Virus record (IMG/VR): IMGVR_UViG_2718218305_000006
Origin: a virus
Taxonomy: Duplodnaviria; Heunggongvirae; Uroviricota; Caudoviricetes
DNA: 64,000 nt
Reading direction: 5' to 3' (one strand)
Positions 19,534 to 27,923 of this stretch are shown in pieces. Both the position numbers and the translations under genes were made by a program. Every line of letters starts with the position of its first letter. Within the stretch, counting starts at the first letter, position 1. A model generated the notes under the pieces. That model saw only the letters and a list, made by a program, of their open reading frames with translations. It was not told the origin of the DNA and did no database searches.

Positions 19534-20079
19534 TTGATAACAGAGGGCGTTGCAGCGGGGTTGTCACTTAAGCGTATGGTCAACCTGACAACCCGGTGTC
19601 CTCAATGGGGAAGGAATAACCCCGCCATACTTACCGCCGCGCCATTTCGCGGAGTGCCACAACCGGAAGCGCACGTTCGAAGAAATCTAACGACAAGCCT
19701 TCTAAGGGAAAGAGCTTCGCCGTACGCTTTCGCGTTATGCACTGACTTTTCAGGGAAATATCCTTTCAGTAAACTGTCAGTACCGGATTCTTATCCGTGT
19801 CCGGCGCACGACCACACGTGACAGCGTGTTGGTCTCCATTTTTAACCCAGAACCTCAATGGAGGATAAAATGCCAAACAAAAAAAGAAATCCGCTTATTG
19901 AAAAACAGATTGAATGCCTGGTAAATCAACTCAGGCAATCAGGGTTATTAAAAACTCATTCAGAGTTGAGGCTCACAGAATCAGCATTCGACGATAAATT
20001 AAATAATGTCCTTTATAATGGCATTATTGATTTTAATCGTTCTGTTGGTCGCCGCGGCCCTGCTGGTGTTTCCTTATAA

Positions 20080-20730
20080 TTACCAGTCAATCCAGAGTGG
20101 ACCGTGTTCAGCGTAAATATAACTGTACACATCCAGATTATATTTGTGGTCTGTTAAGAACAGGCCGCAAATACATGCCGAAGCTTCCAGTGCAGCGGCT
20201 CTGTTACTGAATAACCATGTAGCAACATTCCAGCGTTTTTCTGCATCCCAGTCTTTCTCAAGGCCTGATACCATGAAGAAACCGTTAGTGTTGCCATCAA
20301 ATAATTCTGTTTCCAAATTTTTAAGCAATGCCTGATGGACTCTTGCCAGGTATTCCGCCGGAATTTCGCCACGAATTCTGATGAGATTGTCATAAACAAA
20401 CATGTTCCCCGCATATGGCGATTTTTCTTTCTTGTTTTTTAAACCAGCATCATGAGCAAACTGATCAATTTCTTCTTCCGTTGGTTTCGTATTGATGTTT
20501 TGCGCTGTCGTTTCTGCAATTTTATTTGCCACACTCTCTGAGTCGTGTTTATTTATAGACGCACAGAAATACAATCCGGTAAACGCATCGCGCACATTAC
20601 GAGCCATATTATCAGTGTCTTTTTTCGTTACCGATTCCAATTCAAGTTCGTTCAGACGATGACGAAGTGTGTGTGCTGCAATCTCCTGGATTGAAGGAGG
20701 TAAATCTTTAAATTCCATCGTCAACCTCAT
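20080..20730 (-). CDS. Hypothetical protein, 216 aa, early-left operon, no recognisable domain
   Basis: Hydrophilic ORF; ATG overlaps stop of upstream small ORF (1-nt overlap), suggesting translational coupling. Confidence 0.55.
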   Translation of the reverse strand: MRLTMEFKDLPPSIQEIAAHTLRHRLNELELESVTKKDTDNMARNVRDAFTGLYFCASINKHDSESVANKIAETTAQNINTKPTEEEIDQFAHDAGLKNKKEKSPYAGNMFVYDNLIRIRGEIPAEYLARVHQALLKNLETELFDGNTNGFFMVSGLEKDWDAEKRWNVATWLFSNRAAALEASACICGLFLTDHKYNLDVYSYIYAEHGPLWIDW

Positions 20731-20882
20731 CAGTCAGTGTTTCTGGCTAACCAGCGACGCGCGCCAGCTTCAGTTTTAAACGTTTTGCTTTTGGTATACG
20801 TCATCGCGGTGAACGTACCGTCCTGGTTGGGGAACACGCCACATACCAGAGATTCGTTGTTGCCAAGATTGAGCGTATCCAT
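20730..20882 (-). CDS. Small protein, 50 aa (YdfA-like position; first gene after the pL-like region)
   Basis: ATG at 20882 with GAGG 7 nt upstream; track ORF starts at an earlier ATG at 20963. Confidence 0.4.
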   Translation of the reverse strand: MDTLNLGNNESLVCGVFPNQDGTFTAMTYTKSKTFKTEAGARRWLARNTD

Positions 20883-21088
20883 GTTGACCTCATTTCCCCT
20901 TAACGCCGGGGTAGCGGAACAAAAACCTGCTGCATAGTTATTAAAGTTGAACCCTGCCGTCATGTTCTTACGCCTCGGGCTGGCTACTTAACCCCTGACC
21001 ACTGCCTGGTAACTCGAAGTATTGCCCTGCATTCTGTGGGGCGGGGTGAGGGAATGAATGAAGTTTAGAAAAACGAACATTTAAGGTC

Positions 21089-21110
21089 AATGTTTTTTTA
21101 TCAAAACATT
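21089..21110. promoter_or_regulatory. Palindromic candidate operator in pL-like region (AATGTTTT-tttatc-AAAACATT)
   Basis: Perfect 8-bp inverted repeat between cI 3' end and first early-left gene; shares ATCAAAAC/GTTTTGAT motif with the cI-cro intergenic region. Confidence 0.35.
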
Positions 21111-21174
21111 TTAAGCAGGCAGCTGTTACGCCATCACTACGATGGCATACAGTTAATCAAATAGATGAGGTTGG

Positions 21175-21813
21175 TTAAATATCTTGTTGAATTTTAAAGC
21201 ATACTCCCAATATGCAAGATAGATCATCCAGCATAATTGAAGGGTAGCGAGGATTCGTGGGGACTAAAAGAATATCCGGCCCTTCTATCTCCAGTTTGCG
21301 AATGACAGGCGTTGTGGTCCCTTTGGGTAAGGCAAGGACAATATTTCCTGGTTGTACGATTCGATCGGGATCAACAAAAACTGTTGAACCATTTGGGATG
21401 GAAACTCCACCACCAGATGTCGACATACTGTCACTCTCTAGAACAACAGCAAAGGTATTGGCCGGGATTTCTCCGACAAGCTGCACACAAGAGGTTATTG
21501 AGGAATTTTTCATATAATCACTCCAGCTTGCTGCCTGCTGAAGTGATAGTAGCGGAACCGTTTTTATCGGCGGTAAAGATAGATCAAGCGAATCACCTGT
21601 ATTTAACTCTCCTCCATTAAGAAGCCAATTTTCGTTTACTTTCAATATCTTTGCCAGTGAACTTATGTAACGCGAGGACGGCGCTCCTCCACCGTTCATC
21701 CATTGACTTACGGAGCCTTTTGATGCGCCAGTGGCATTGACAAGGTCTTTGCCTTTCAAGTTTAGCGCATGCATACGTTGGGTTATGCGTTCAGATATTG
21801 TTTGCTTGTTCAT
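21175..21813 (-). CDS. cI: CI-like repressor (HTH_XRE N-terminal domain + S24 LexA-like peptidase domain)
   Basis: 212 aa; N-terminal HTH (..LKGKDLVNATGASKGSVSQWMNG..), C-terminal self-cleavage-type domain; divergent from cro-like gene. Confidence 0.85.
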   Translation of the reverse strand: MNKQTISERITQRMHALNLKGKDLVNATGASKGSVSQWMNGGGAPSSRYISSLAKILKVNENWLLNGGELNTGDSLDLSLPPIKTVPLLSLQQAASWSDYMKNSSITSCVQLVGEIPANTFAVVLESDSMSTSGGGVSIPNGSTVFVDPDRIVQPGNIVLALPKGTTTPVIRKLEIEGPDILLVPTNPRYPSIMLDDLSCILGVCFKIQQDI

Positions 21814-21904
21814 GTTTTGATTTTAAAACACAGATGGTTTTGTTTCTTGACTTTCTTTGGTTTTGATTATTAAACTTTTGGCGTTCAGTTTTATGGAGCG
21901 ACTC
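21814..21904. promoter_or_regulatory. Immunity-region intergenic: candidate oR operators and divergent pRM/pR promoters
   Basis: Three GTTTTG(A/T)T repeats (21814, 21837, 21860), TTGACT -35-like hexamer at 21847-21852, SD TGGAG before cro. Confidence 0.45.
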
Positions 21905-22147
21905 ATGAAAAAATCAGAAGTATTAGGCTATTTTGGCGGAGTTGTTAAAACAGCCGCCGCTCTAGGAACGTCAAAAACCACAGTCAGCATGTGGGGGGAA
22001 GACGTTCCGTGGAAATGGGCGTTGCTAATTCAGGCAGTCACTGCCGGGGCGCTCAAATATGAGTTACACATACCGACGGTTGTCATTCCCGATTCTGATC
22101 ATAATCCGCCTTCTAACCAAGGGGGGATTCATGAAAATCAAGCATGA
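21905..22147 (+). CDS. cro: Cro-like HTH regulator (YdaS-like)
   Basis: 80 aa MKKSEVLGYFGGVVKTAAALGTSKTTVSMWGEDVPW..; divergent from cI. Confidence 0.65.
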   Translation: MKKSEVLGYFGGVVKTAAALGTSKTTVSMWGEDVPWKWALLIQAVTAGALKYELHIPTVVIPDSDHNPPSNQGGIHENQA

Positions 22148-22556
22148 ACACATCCGCATGGCGATGAATGCCTGGGCGCGTCCTGATGGCGAAAAAGTTC
22201 CGGCAGCTGGAATAACCCAGGCTTATTTTGAGTTGGGTATGACGTTTCCTGAACTGTACGACGACAGCCATCCGGAAGCCCTGGCTCGCAATACCCAGAA
22301 AATTTTCCGCTGGATAGAGAAAGACACCCCTGATGCAGTTGAAAAAATGCAGGCTCTGTTACCGGCGATCGAAAAGGCAATGCCGCCTCTGCTGGTGGCC
22401 CGTATGCGCAGTCACAGCTCTGAATATTACCGTGAGATCGTCGAACGGAGGGATCGGCTGGTGAAAGATGTGGATGATTTTGTCGCAGCGGCGATCGCCT
22501 GGGGCACCCTGACTAACAGTGGGGGTCAGCCTGGTAATGCTGTTGTCGTGCATTGA
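22131..22556 (+). CDS. YdaT-like protein (cII-position regulator)
   Basis: 141 aa from ATG at 22131 with GGGGGG SD; overlaps cro-like 3' end; resembles Rac YdaT family. Confidence 0.45.
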   Translation: MKIKHEHIRMAMNAWARPDGEKVPAAGITQAYFELGMTFPELYDDSHPEALARNTQKIFRWIEKDTPDAVEKMQALLPAIEKAMPPLLVARMRSHSSEYYREIVERRDRLVKDVDDFVAAAIAWGTLTNSGGQPGNAVVVH

Positions 22557-22624
22557 CCAACAATATTCATGCCGGATTTCTTCCGGATGTTCGAGGGTAA
22601 AGTTCGGTATCAGAAGAGGTGAGT

Positions 22625-23668
22625 ATGGCTAATGCCTGGCTCAGATTGTGGCATGACATGCCAAATGACCCCAAGTGGCGAACGATTGCCAGGGTATCAG
22701 GACAGCCAATCGCAACAGTGATGGCAGTGTATATCCATCTTCTGGTGAGCGCGTCACGAAATGTCACGACATGTCACGGCGTGTCACTACGTGGTCACAT
22801 TGATGTCACGACGGAAGATTTAGCAAGTGCGCTTGATGTGACGGAAGACGTAATTGATTCAATTTTGCATGCAATGCAGGGGCGGGTTCTGGATGGTGAC
22901 CTTATTTCCGGATGGGAAAAACGTCAGGTGCTGAAAGAGGACAATGGTAACGTTTCGCAAACGGCAAAATCCCCGGCAGAGCGCAAGAGAGCGCAGCGGG
23001 AGCGGGAAAAGCTGCGGAAACATAATGCTGATTGTCACGATGAGTCACGACGTGTCACGCATCTGTCACGACAAGTCACGACAGATAAAGATACAGATAA
23101 AGATACAGATACAGAATTAAACCCCACACATAACGCGCGCGAGAGTATTCCGACCAGTGAGTCGAATGGTGCGCCGTTGCAGACAGCCGAACCTGAATAC
23201 CTGGACGGCCTGAGCGAACCGATCGGGAAATTTTCGATGACTACTGTCTGGCAGCCGTCGCCGGATTTTCGACAACGGGCAGCAGTGTGGGGTATGGCTC
23301 TGCCTGAGCCGGAATTTACACCTGCTGAGCTTGCCGCATTCCGGGATTACTGGATGGCGGAGGGGAAGGTTTTCACGCAGGTTCAGTGGGAGCAGAAATT
23401 TGCCCGCCACGTGCAGCACGTCAGGGCACAGGTAAAACCAGTCAGCAAGGGGGGAAGCCATGCAGCATCAGGTGGCACGGCATCACGGGCAGTTCAGGAA
23501 ATCCGGGCTGCACGCGAACAGTGGGAACGTGACAACGGATTTATCAGCAACGGAAACGGCCTGGAAGCTGTGGGAGCTCATGGGGGAGGTGTATTCGAAC
23601 CGCTGGACTCAGAAGAACGGGGCCGCACCTTCGAAGCTCTGGATTGCCCAGATTGGTGCGATGACTGA
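22625..23668 (+). CDS. Replication initiation / replisome-organizer protein (O-like) containing internal origin iterons
   Basis: N-terminus ANAWLRLWHDMPNDPKWRTIA.. resembles phage replisome-organizer N-domains; GTG alternative start at 22619; two clusters of phased GTCACG repeats inside the coding sequence. Confidence 0.65.
   Translation: MANAWLRLWHDMPNDPKWRTIARVSGQPIATVMAVYIHLLVSASRNVTTCHGVSLRGHIDVTTEDLASALDVTEDVIDSILHAMQGRVLDGDLISGWEKRQVLKEDNGNVSQTAKSPAERKRAQREREKLRKHNADCHDESRRVTHLSRQVTTDKDTDKDTDTELNPTHNARESIPTSESNGAPLQTAEPEYLDGLSEPIGKFSMTTVWQPSPDFRQRAAVWGMALPEPEFTPAELAAFRDYWMAEGKVFTQVQWEQKFARHVQHVRAQVKPVSKGGSHAASGGTASRAVQEIRAAREQWERDNGFISNGNGLEAVGAHGGGVFEPLDSEERGRTFEALDCPDWCDD
22753..22810. 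repeat. Iteron cluster 1: six GTCAC(G/T) copies at 10-11 bp spacing
   Basis: GTCAC at 22753, 22763, 22773, 22783, 22794, 22805 (anchored to codons of the O-like gene). Confidence 0.6.
23034..23114. repeat. Iteron cluster 2: five GTCACG copies at 10-11 bp spacing, followed by a 12-bp tandem repeat (GATACAGATAAA x about 3)
   Basis: GTCACG at 23034, 23044, 23054, 23065, 23075; then acagataaagatacagataaagatacagatacag encoding TDKDTDKDTDTE. Confidence 0.6.
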
Positions 23669-24122
23669 ACAGCAAATCCGTCTGGTGTGCCGTCAGTGCA
23701 TGGACCGCTGCCGGGCGGGTGAAACGTGGCCCCCGGACCTGGCTGAGTTTGTTGCGCTGATTTCGGAGAGTGGGGCAAATCCATTTGGTCTTACGGTGGA
23801 TGCCGTGATGGAAGAGTACCGGCGCTGGCGCAATGAATCCTGGCGATACGACGGGAGTGATAAATACCCGTGGCCACAGCCTGTGCTGTACCACATCTGC
23901 CTCGAAATGCGTACCAGAGGGATTGAGCGCCAGATGACGCAAGGTGAGTTAAAACGACTTGCGGAACGGCAACTGACGAAATGGGCAAAGCATGTTGGTA
24001 ACGGGATGAGTGTTCCGCCAGTGCGACGACAACTGGAAGGGGCGAAACACCCGCAAGGGCCAACGCCAATTGAACGGCTGAAACAGGAATACGAACGCCG
24101 GAAGGCAGCTGGTTTTATTTGA
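23580..24122 (+). CDS. P: Replication protein P-like (helicase loader)
   Basis: C-terminal half aligns with lambda P (..YPWPQPVLYHICLEM.. vs ..YPWKSNAHYWLVTNL..; ..TQGELKRLAERQL.. vs ..TDAELRRKAADEL..); start ambiguous (ATG 23580 or 23661; track 23460), overlaps O-like 3' end. Confidence 0.55.
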   Translation: MGEVYSNRWTQKNGAAPSKLWIAQIGAMTEQQIRLVCRQCMDRCRAGETWPPDLAEFVALISESGANPFGLTVDAVMEEYRRWRNESWRYDGSDKYPWPQPVLYHICLEMRTRGIERQMTQGELKRLAERQLTKWAKHVGNGMSVPPVRRQLEGAKHPQGPTPIERLKQEYERRKAAGFI

Positions 24123-24155
24123 ATCTGAGAAACGATTTTGTCGGAGGAAATATTA

Positions 24156-24872
24156 ATGGAAACCGTATTTGACGCACTGAAAGCACTGAAAAAAGCCTCT
24201 TCACAGGTAGTGGCATCGCGCCTTGGAATCAGCCGCGAAGATGCTGTCAACGAACTGTGGAAACTGAAGCGCCGTGGTGAAGCGGATAACAAGGGGTCGA
24301 TGTGGTGGCTGACTCAGACTGGTGAAAGTGAACCAGTGTCACCGGTACCGAAAGTGACAGCGCAAATGCTGACTGAGGCGATTGAACATCATGGCCCACA
24401 AACGGCGGATGAGCTGGCACTGATGTTCGGGATTACCTCCCGCCGGGCGAATTCATCACTGGCCATGGCAATCAGCAAAGGGCGTCTGATTCGCGTGAAT
24501 CAGGGCGGTAAATTTCGGTACTGCATACCGGGCGCTGATTTACCGGCAGAGCCGAAAGCCGCATCCATAACGGAAACGGATGGTAAAGCCTTTCCTCAGC
24601 CAGCAGGTGTTGCGTTACCAGTCGGGGAAGCGGAAACACAGGAAGAAATAAAAACGGAAAGTGTGGCGGTCACAGTGCAGTCACAGCCGTCGTTCACCAG
24701 AAAGCATCCGGATGGTCTGATTTTACCATCGCTGCATGTGGCTAACCGCGAGCTGCGCCGGGCAAAAGGTCAGGTTCAGAAGTGGGAGCGAGTCTGCGCC
24801 GCGCTGCGGGAGCTGAACAAGTGCCGGGATATTCTCCGGGATATTACCGCCACCAGAGAACAGCAGCGGTGA
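24156..24872 (+). CDS. Hypothetical nin-region protein (238 aa)
   Basis: ATG at 24156 with GGAGG 8 nt upstream (track start 24138 is TTG). Confidence 0.55.
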   Translation: METVFDALKALKKASSQVVASRLGISREDAVNELWKLKRRGEADNKGSMWWLTQTGESEPVSPVPKVTAQMLTEAIEHHGPQTADELALMFGITSRRANSSLAMAISKGRLIRVNQGGKFRYCIPGADLPAEPKAASITETDGKAFPQPAGVALPVGEAETQEEIKTESVAVTVQSQPSFTRKHPDGLILPSLHVANRELRRAKGQVQKWERVCAALRELNKCRDILRDITATREQQR

Positions 24873-25186
24873 GTGGGTGGAAGACGTGGTGCCGGGCGGA
24901 AATCATGATACTCCGGCAGTGTGCGGGAACGATGAAGGTAAAAAGCGTTGGCGCACTTATCGGACGAACTGAAGCGGCAGTGAGAACGAAGGCACGGGAG
25001 CTGGGCATCAGCATGATGTTACGTGGTGATTTTCACCCGTCGGCAAAATATTCTCAGCGTGATATTGAGCTGGCGCGGCAACTGCATCAGAGAGGCATGC
25101 AAAGAAGGGAAATTGCCAGAAAATTAGGCATGCCGCTGCGCATAGTGAATAACTACGTTTATTTCGACAGGAGGGTGTCTGCGTGA
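24869..25186 (+). CDS. Putative DNA-binding protein (HTH-like C-terminus)
   Basis: GTG start overlapping upstream stop (GTGA); ..[19 protein letters not shown].. HTH-like. Confidence 0.4.
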   Translation: MSGWKTWCRAEIMILRQCAGTMKVKSVGALIGRTEAAVRTKARELGISMMLRGDFHPSAKYSQRDIELARQLHQRGMQRREIARKLGMPLRIVNNYVYFDRRVSA

Positions 25187-25410
25187 AAATCCTGTATCAG
25201 GATTACGGCCCGGTGGGGCAGGTGGTTATCAGCAGTACTGTAATGGAGTTTCGGAAGCATAACCGTGTGGTGGATGCTGTGCTGTTAACCTGTCCGGGGA
25301 TATCGGCGAGTCGTGCAGGTGTGTTTATTATGAAGACGAAATTATATGGCAGTAAGGCGTGGATAAAGAAGGCGTATCGTGTAGCGTTGCAGGAGGTTAA
25401 CAGTGAGTGA
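25183..25410 (+). CDS. Hypothetical protein (75 aa)
   Basis: GTG start overlapping upstream stop; translationally coupled series in nin-like region. Confidence 0.4.
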   Translation: MKILYQDYGPVGQVVISSTVMEFRKHNRVVDAVLLTCPGISASRAGVFIMKTKLYGSKAWIKKAYRVALQEVNSE

Positions 25411-25714
25411 AATTAAAGAAATGCCGGTAGTTCGTGACGGATATGGCTACTGGACACATCCTGAATATGAAAAATTCTGTGATGGTCGGGAATATATTTC
25501 AACGGAAGAGTTTAACGCCTGGATGGAGGAAAATAATCTTCAATACGTCCTCTGCTTCAGAGATGAAGGATGTGCTGACCTTGATGCGTGTGATGCTGAT
25601 ATTTCTGCATGGGAACCGGAACGACCAGAGGGCGATGGCTGGTTTATTGGTTCCATTCATGATACGGAAGATGGCCCGGTTTGTGTCTGGTTGCGAAATA
25701 AGGCTGAAGCATAA
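25403..25714 (+). CDS. Hypothetical protein (103 aa), acidic, Cys-containing
   Basis: ORF overlapping upstream gene by 8 nt. Confidence 0.45.
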   Translation: MSEIKEMPVVRDGYGYWTHPEYEKFCDGREYISTEEFNAWMEENNLQYVLCFRDEGCADLDACDADISAWEPERPEGDGWFIGSIHDTEDGPVCVWLRNKAEA

Positions 25715-25841
25715 AGGCGATAAACCAACTAACAACTAAATACTGAAGATTTAAATCAGAAACGATTTTTATTAAATCCTTAACCGGAGGGATTCCTGCA
25801 CCCTCAGAACATCAGGAGGCCGCCCGAAAGGGCGGTAAGAA

Positions 25842-26060
25842 ATGAAACATTATTTAGAAAAAAATTACCCACGAAAGAGCAGAACAACAGAGTTTCTGTT
25901 TTTCATTCTGTTTATAGTGTTGATGATACCGATATCCCCGCTATTACTGGTCTGGATAATTGGAAGGACATTTGAACCAGTTATTGAGCTATATACCGAT
26001 GTGACATGGGAATCATTCAGCGCACTGCACAATAAAATTAATCCGTATAAGGAAAACTGA
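25842..26060 (+). CDS. Small membrane protein (72 aa)
   Basis: Central hydrophobic helix FLFFILFIVLMIPISPLLLVWIIG. Confidence 0.45.
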   Translation: MKHYLEKNYPRKSRTTEFLFFILFIVLMIPISPLLLVWIIGRTFEPVIELYTDVTWESFSALHNKINPYKEN

Positions 26061-26061
26061 T

Positions 26062-26619
26062 ATGAGCACTATTACCAGAGAACGCGCGGAGATTAAATCA
26101 TACATCACAGGCTTCCTGAGCGACTCGGCGCACGATAACAAGTCTTCAGACAGCCTGCTGGCTAATGTGTTTCGTATCGCGCTGGCATCACTGGAAGCAG
26201 AGCCGATAGCAATGGTAGTGCCTGATGAAATGGATTTGCTTACCTGCCATCTCGACGGTGTAACTAAAACATATGCTGATGGCTGGAACGCCTGCCGCGT
26301 CGCCATGCTTCAGGCCGGAAACTTTCGGGAAAATAAGAATTCGTCAACCAACAATTTTCGGGAAATCTCGGAAACGTCAACCAGATCTCCGATAACTCTG
26401 GATGGCTGGATAAGCTGTACTGAGCGAATGCCTGAAAAGAGCCAGAACGTGCTTATTTCGATGAATATCGATAGCGAGGCTGGGCCATTAATATATTCCG
26501 CACGCTATCTCGGAGGCACGTTCCGGCGCGGAGGTATAGCAGTTAGTCCGGGTAATGATCTTAGGCAAGCAACCCACTGGATGTCGCTACCAGAACCGCC
26601 GCAGGAGGTGAATCAATGA
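26062..26619 (+). CDS. DUF551-like phage protein
   Basis: 185 aa; C-terminal ..DGWISCTERMPEKSQNVLIS.. typical of DUF551 prophage proteins. Confidence 0.55.
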   Translation: MSTITRERAEIKSYITGFLSDSAHDNKSSDSLLANVFRIALASLEAEPIAMVVPDEMDLLTCHLDGVTKTYADGWNACRVAMLQAGNFRENKNSSTNNFREISETSTRSPITLDGWISCTERMPEKSQNVLISMNIDSEAGPLIYSARYLGGTFRRGGIAVSPGNDLRQATHWMSLPEPPQEVNQ

Positions 26620-26699
26620 CCTGGCCTGAAGCATTCACAACGGTAGGAATTGCGATGGCGGTGGCGCTGGTGGTGTATTCGATTTGCCGCTGGGGATAA
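26616..26699 (+). CDS. Possible 27-aa hydrophobic peptide, translationally coupled (ATGA overlap)
   Basis: MTWPEAFTTVGIAMAVALVVYSICRWG; very short, speculative. Confidence 0.2.
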   Translation: MTWPEAFTTVGIAMAVALVVYSICRWG

Positions 26700-26909
26700 A
26701 AACGGTTTGCGGGAAAAGGATAGTTAAGTAGAATTGCTGCGGGTGCTTGAGGCTATCTGCCTCGGGCATGAACACCAACGGCAGATAGAGAAAAGCCCCA
26801 GTTAACATTACGCGTCCTGCAAGACGCTTAACATTAATCTGAGGCTCAATCCATGCTGAACACATGTAGGTTAGCCTCTTACGTGCCGAAAGGCAAGGAG
26901 AAGCAGGCT

Positions 26910-27065
26910 ATGAAGCAGCAAAAGGCGATGTTAATCGCCCTGATCGTCATCTGTTTAACCGTCATAGTGACGGCACTGGTAACGAGGAAAGACCTCTGCG
27001 AGGTGCGAATCCGAACCGGTCAGACGGAGGTCGCTGTCTTCGTAGACTACGAATCTGAGAAGTAA
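26910..27065 (+). CDS. hokD: Hok/Gef-family type I toxin (HokD/RelF-like)
   Basis: 51 aa MKQQKAMLIALIVICLTVIVTALVTRKDLCEVRIRTGQTEVAVFVDYESEK; near-identical over most of its length to recalled HokD; track ORF 26853 is an in-frame upstream extension. Confidence 0.8.
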   Translation: MKQQKAMLIALIVICLTVIVTALVTRKDLCEVRIRTGQTEVAVFVDYESEK

Positions 27066-27184
27066 GAGACCAGGCGGGGGAGTAATCTCCCGCCACCTCT
27101 GATGTGTCAGGCATCCTCAACGCACCCGCGCTTTACCATACTGAAAATGCTGTTTGAATGTTCATCTCTGAAAGAGGACTATGA

Positions 27185-27529
27185 ATGAAAAAGGTATTGA
27201 TTGCAGCACTTATTTCCGGTGTGTCTTTTGGCGCTTTTGCACAGCAGGGTGGTTTCCAGGGGCCAGAAGCAGAGCGTTCAACAGTAGCGCAGGCAAAAGA
27301 ACTGAAGGATGATGCATGGGTTATCCTTGAAGGGAGCATCGTTAAAAAAGTGGGTGATGAACGTTATGAGTTTCGTGACAATAGCGGGACAATTGTCACG
27401 GATATTGATGACAGCGTATGGGCCGGGCAGAATGTTTCTCCGAAAGACAAAGTAAGAATTGAGGGTGAAATTGATAAAGACCTGAGCAGTGTTGAAGTTG
27501 ATGTAAAGGCACTGAAATTATTAAAGTAA
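27185..27529 (+). CDS. Secreted OB-fold protein (BOF/YgiW family)
   Basis: 114 aa with signal peptide MKKVLIAALISGVSFGAFA; YgiW-like. Confidence 0.6.
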   Translation: MKKVLIAALISGVSFGAFAQQGGFQGPEAERSTVAQAKELKDDAWVILEGSIVKKVGDERYEFRDNSGTIVTDIDDSVWAGQNVSPKDKVRIEGEIDKDLSSVEVDVKALKLLK

Positions 27530-27650
27530 CCGCCCCTGCTTGTTAAGCCCGTCTTACTGACGGGTTTTCTGTTTGTACATTCCGGCGTATTGCCTTACAA
27601 TTCGCGCAGTCAGCCTGAACAACTGACACCTGCTGTCACCGGAGAATCCG

Positions 27651-27923
27651 ATGACACAACACATAAAATCCCACAATTCTGAAGCCGACCCGGAAATTAA
27701 GCAGGGGAGGCGTTTTCGTGCGCCTCAGTATGGCTGGTTTCACTATCTGTTCTGTACGATCGATGAGGCAGATATGCTTCAAGAGGCGTATCTGCGTCGC
27801 GGTGTCCGTGTGGAGCGGAGTCTGAACGCTGATCGTCTGACCTGGACCGTTTCTGTATATCTTCCTGTTCGTGCACATCTGCCACGGACACATGCCTGCT
27901 ACCGTCAGCGCGTCTGGAGGTAA
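27651..27923 (+). CDS. Hypothetical protein (90 aa)
   Basis: ORF with ATG start in nin-like region. Confidence 0.4.
   Translation: MTQHIKSHNSEADPEIKQGRRFRAPQYGWFHYLFCTIDEADMLQEAYLRRGVRVERSLNADRLTWTVSVYLPVRAHLPRTHACYRQRVWR

Noticed and set aside
19534-19821. 95-aa plus-strand ORF, and a retron/structured-RNA hypothesis for the 19540-19860 noncoding block
   Set aside because: TTG start without SD; the region is antisense to and upstream of the DicF RNA and is better explained as the dicF precursor leader; no reverse transcriptase gene nearby.
22753-23080. GTCACG repeat clusters as a possible CRISPR-like array
   Set aside because: The unit is 6 bp with 10-11 bp spacing inside a coding sequence; no 25-40 bp direct repeats with unique spacers and no cas genes. 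Iterons are the better explanation.
26853-26909. In-frame upstream extension of hok as a Mok-like ORF
   Set aside because: Canonical mok overlaps hok out of frame; the in-frame extension may be chance. Left unannotated.
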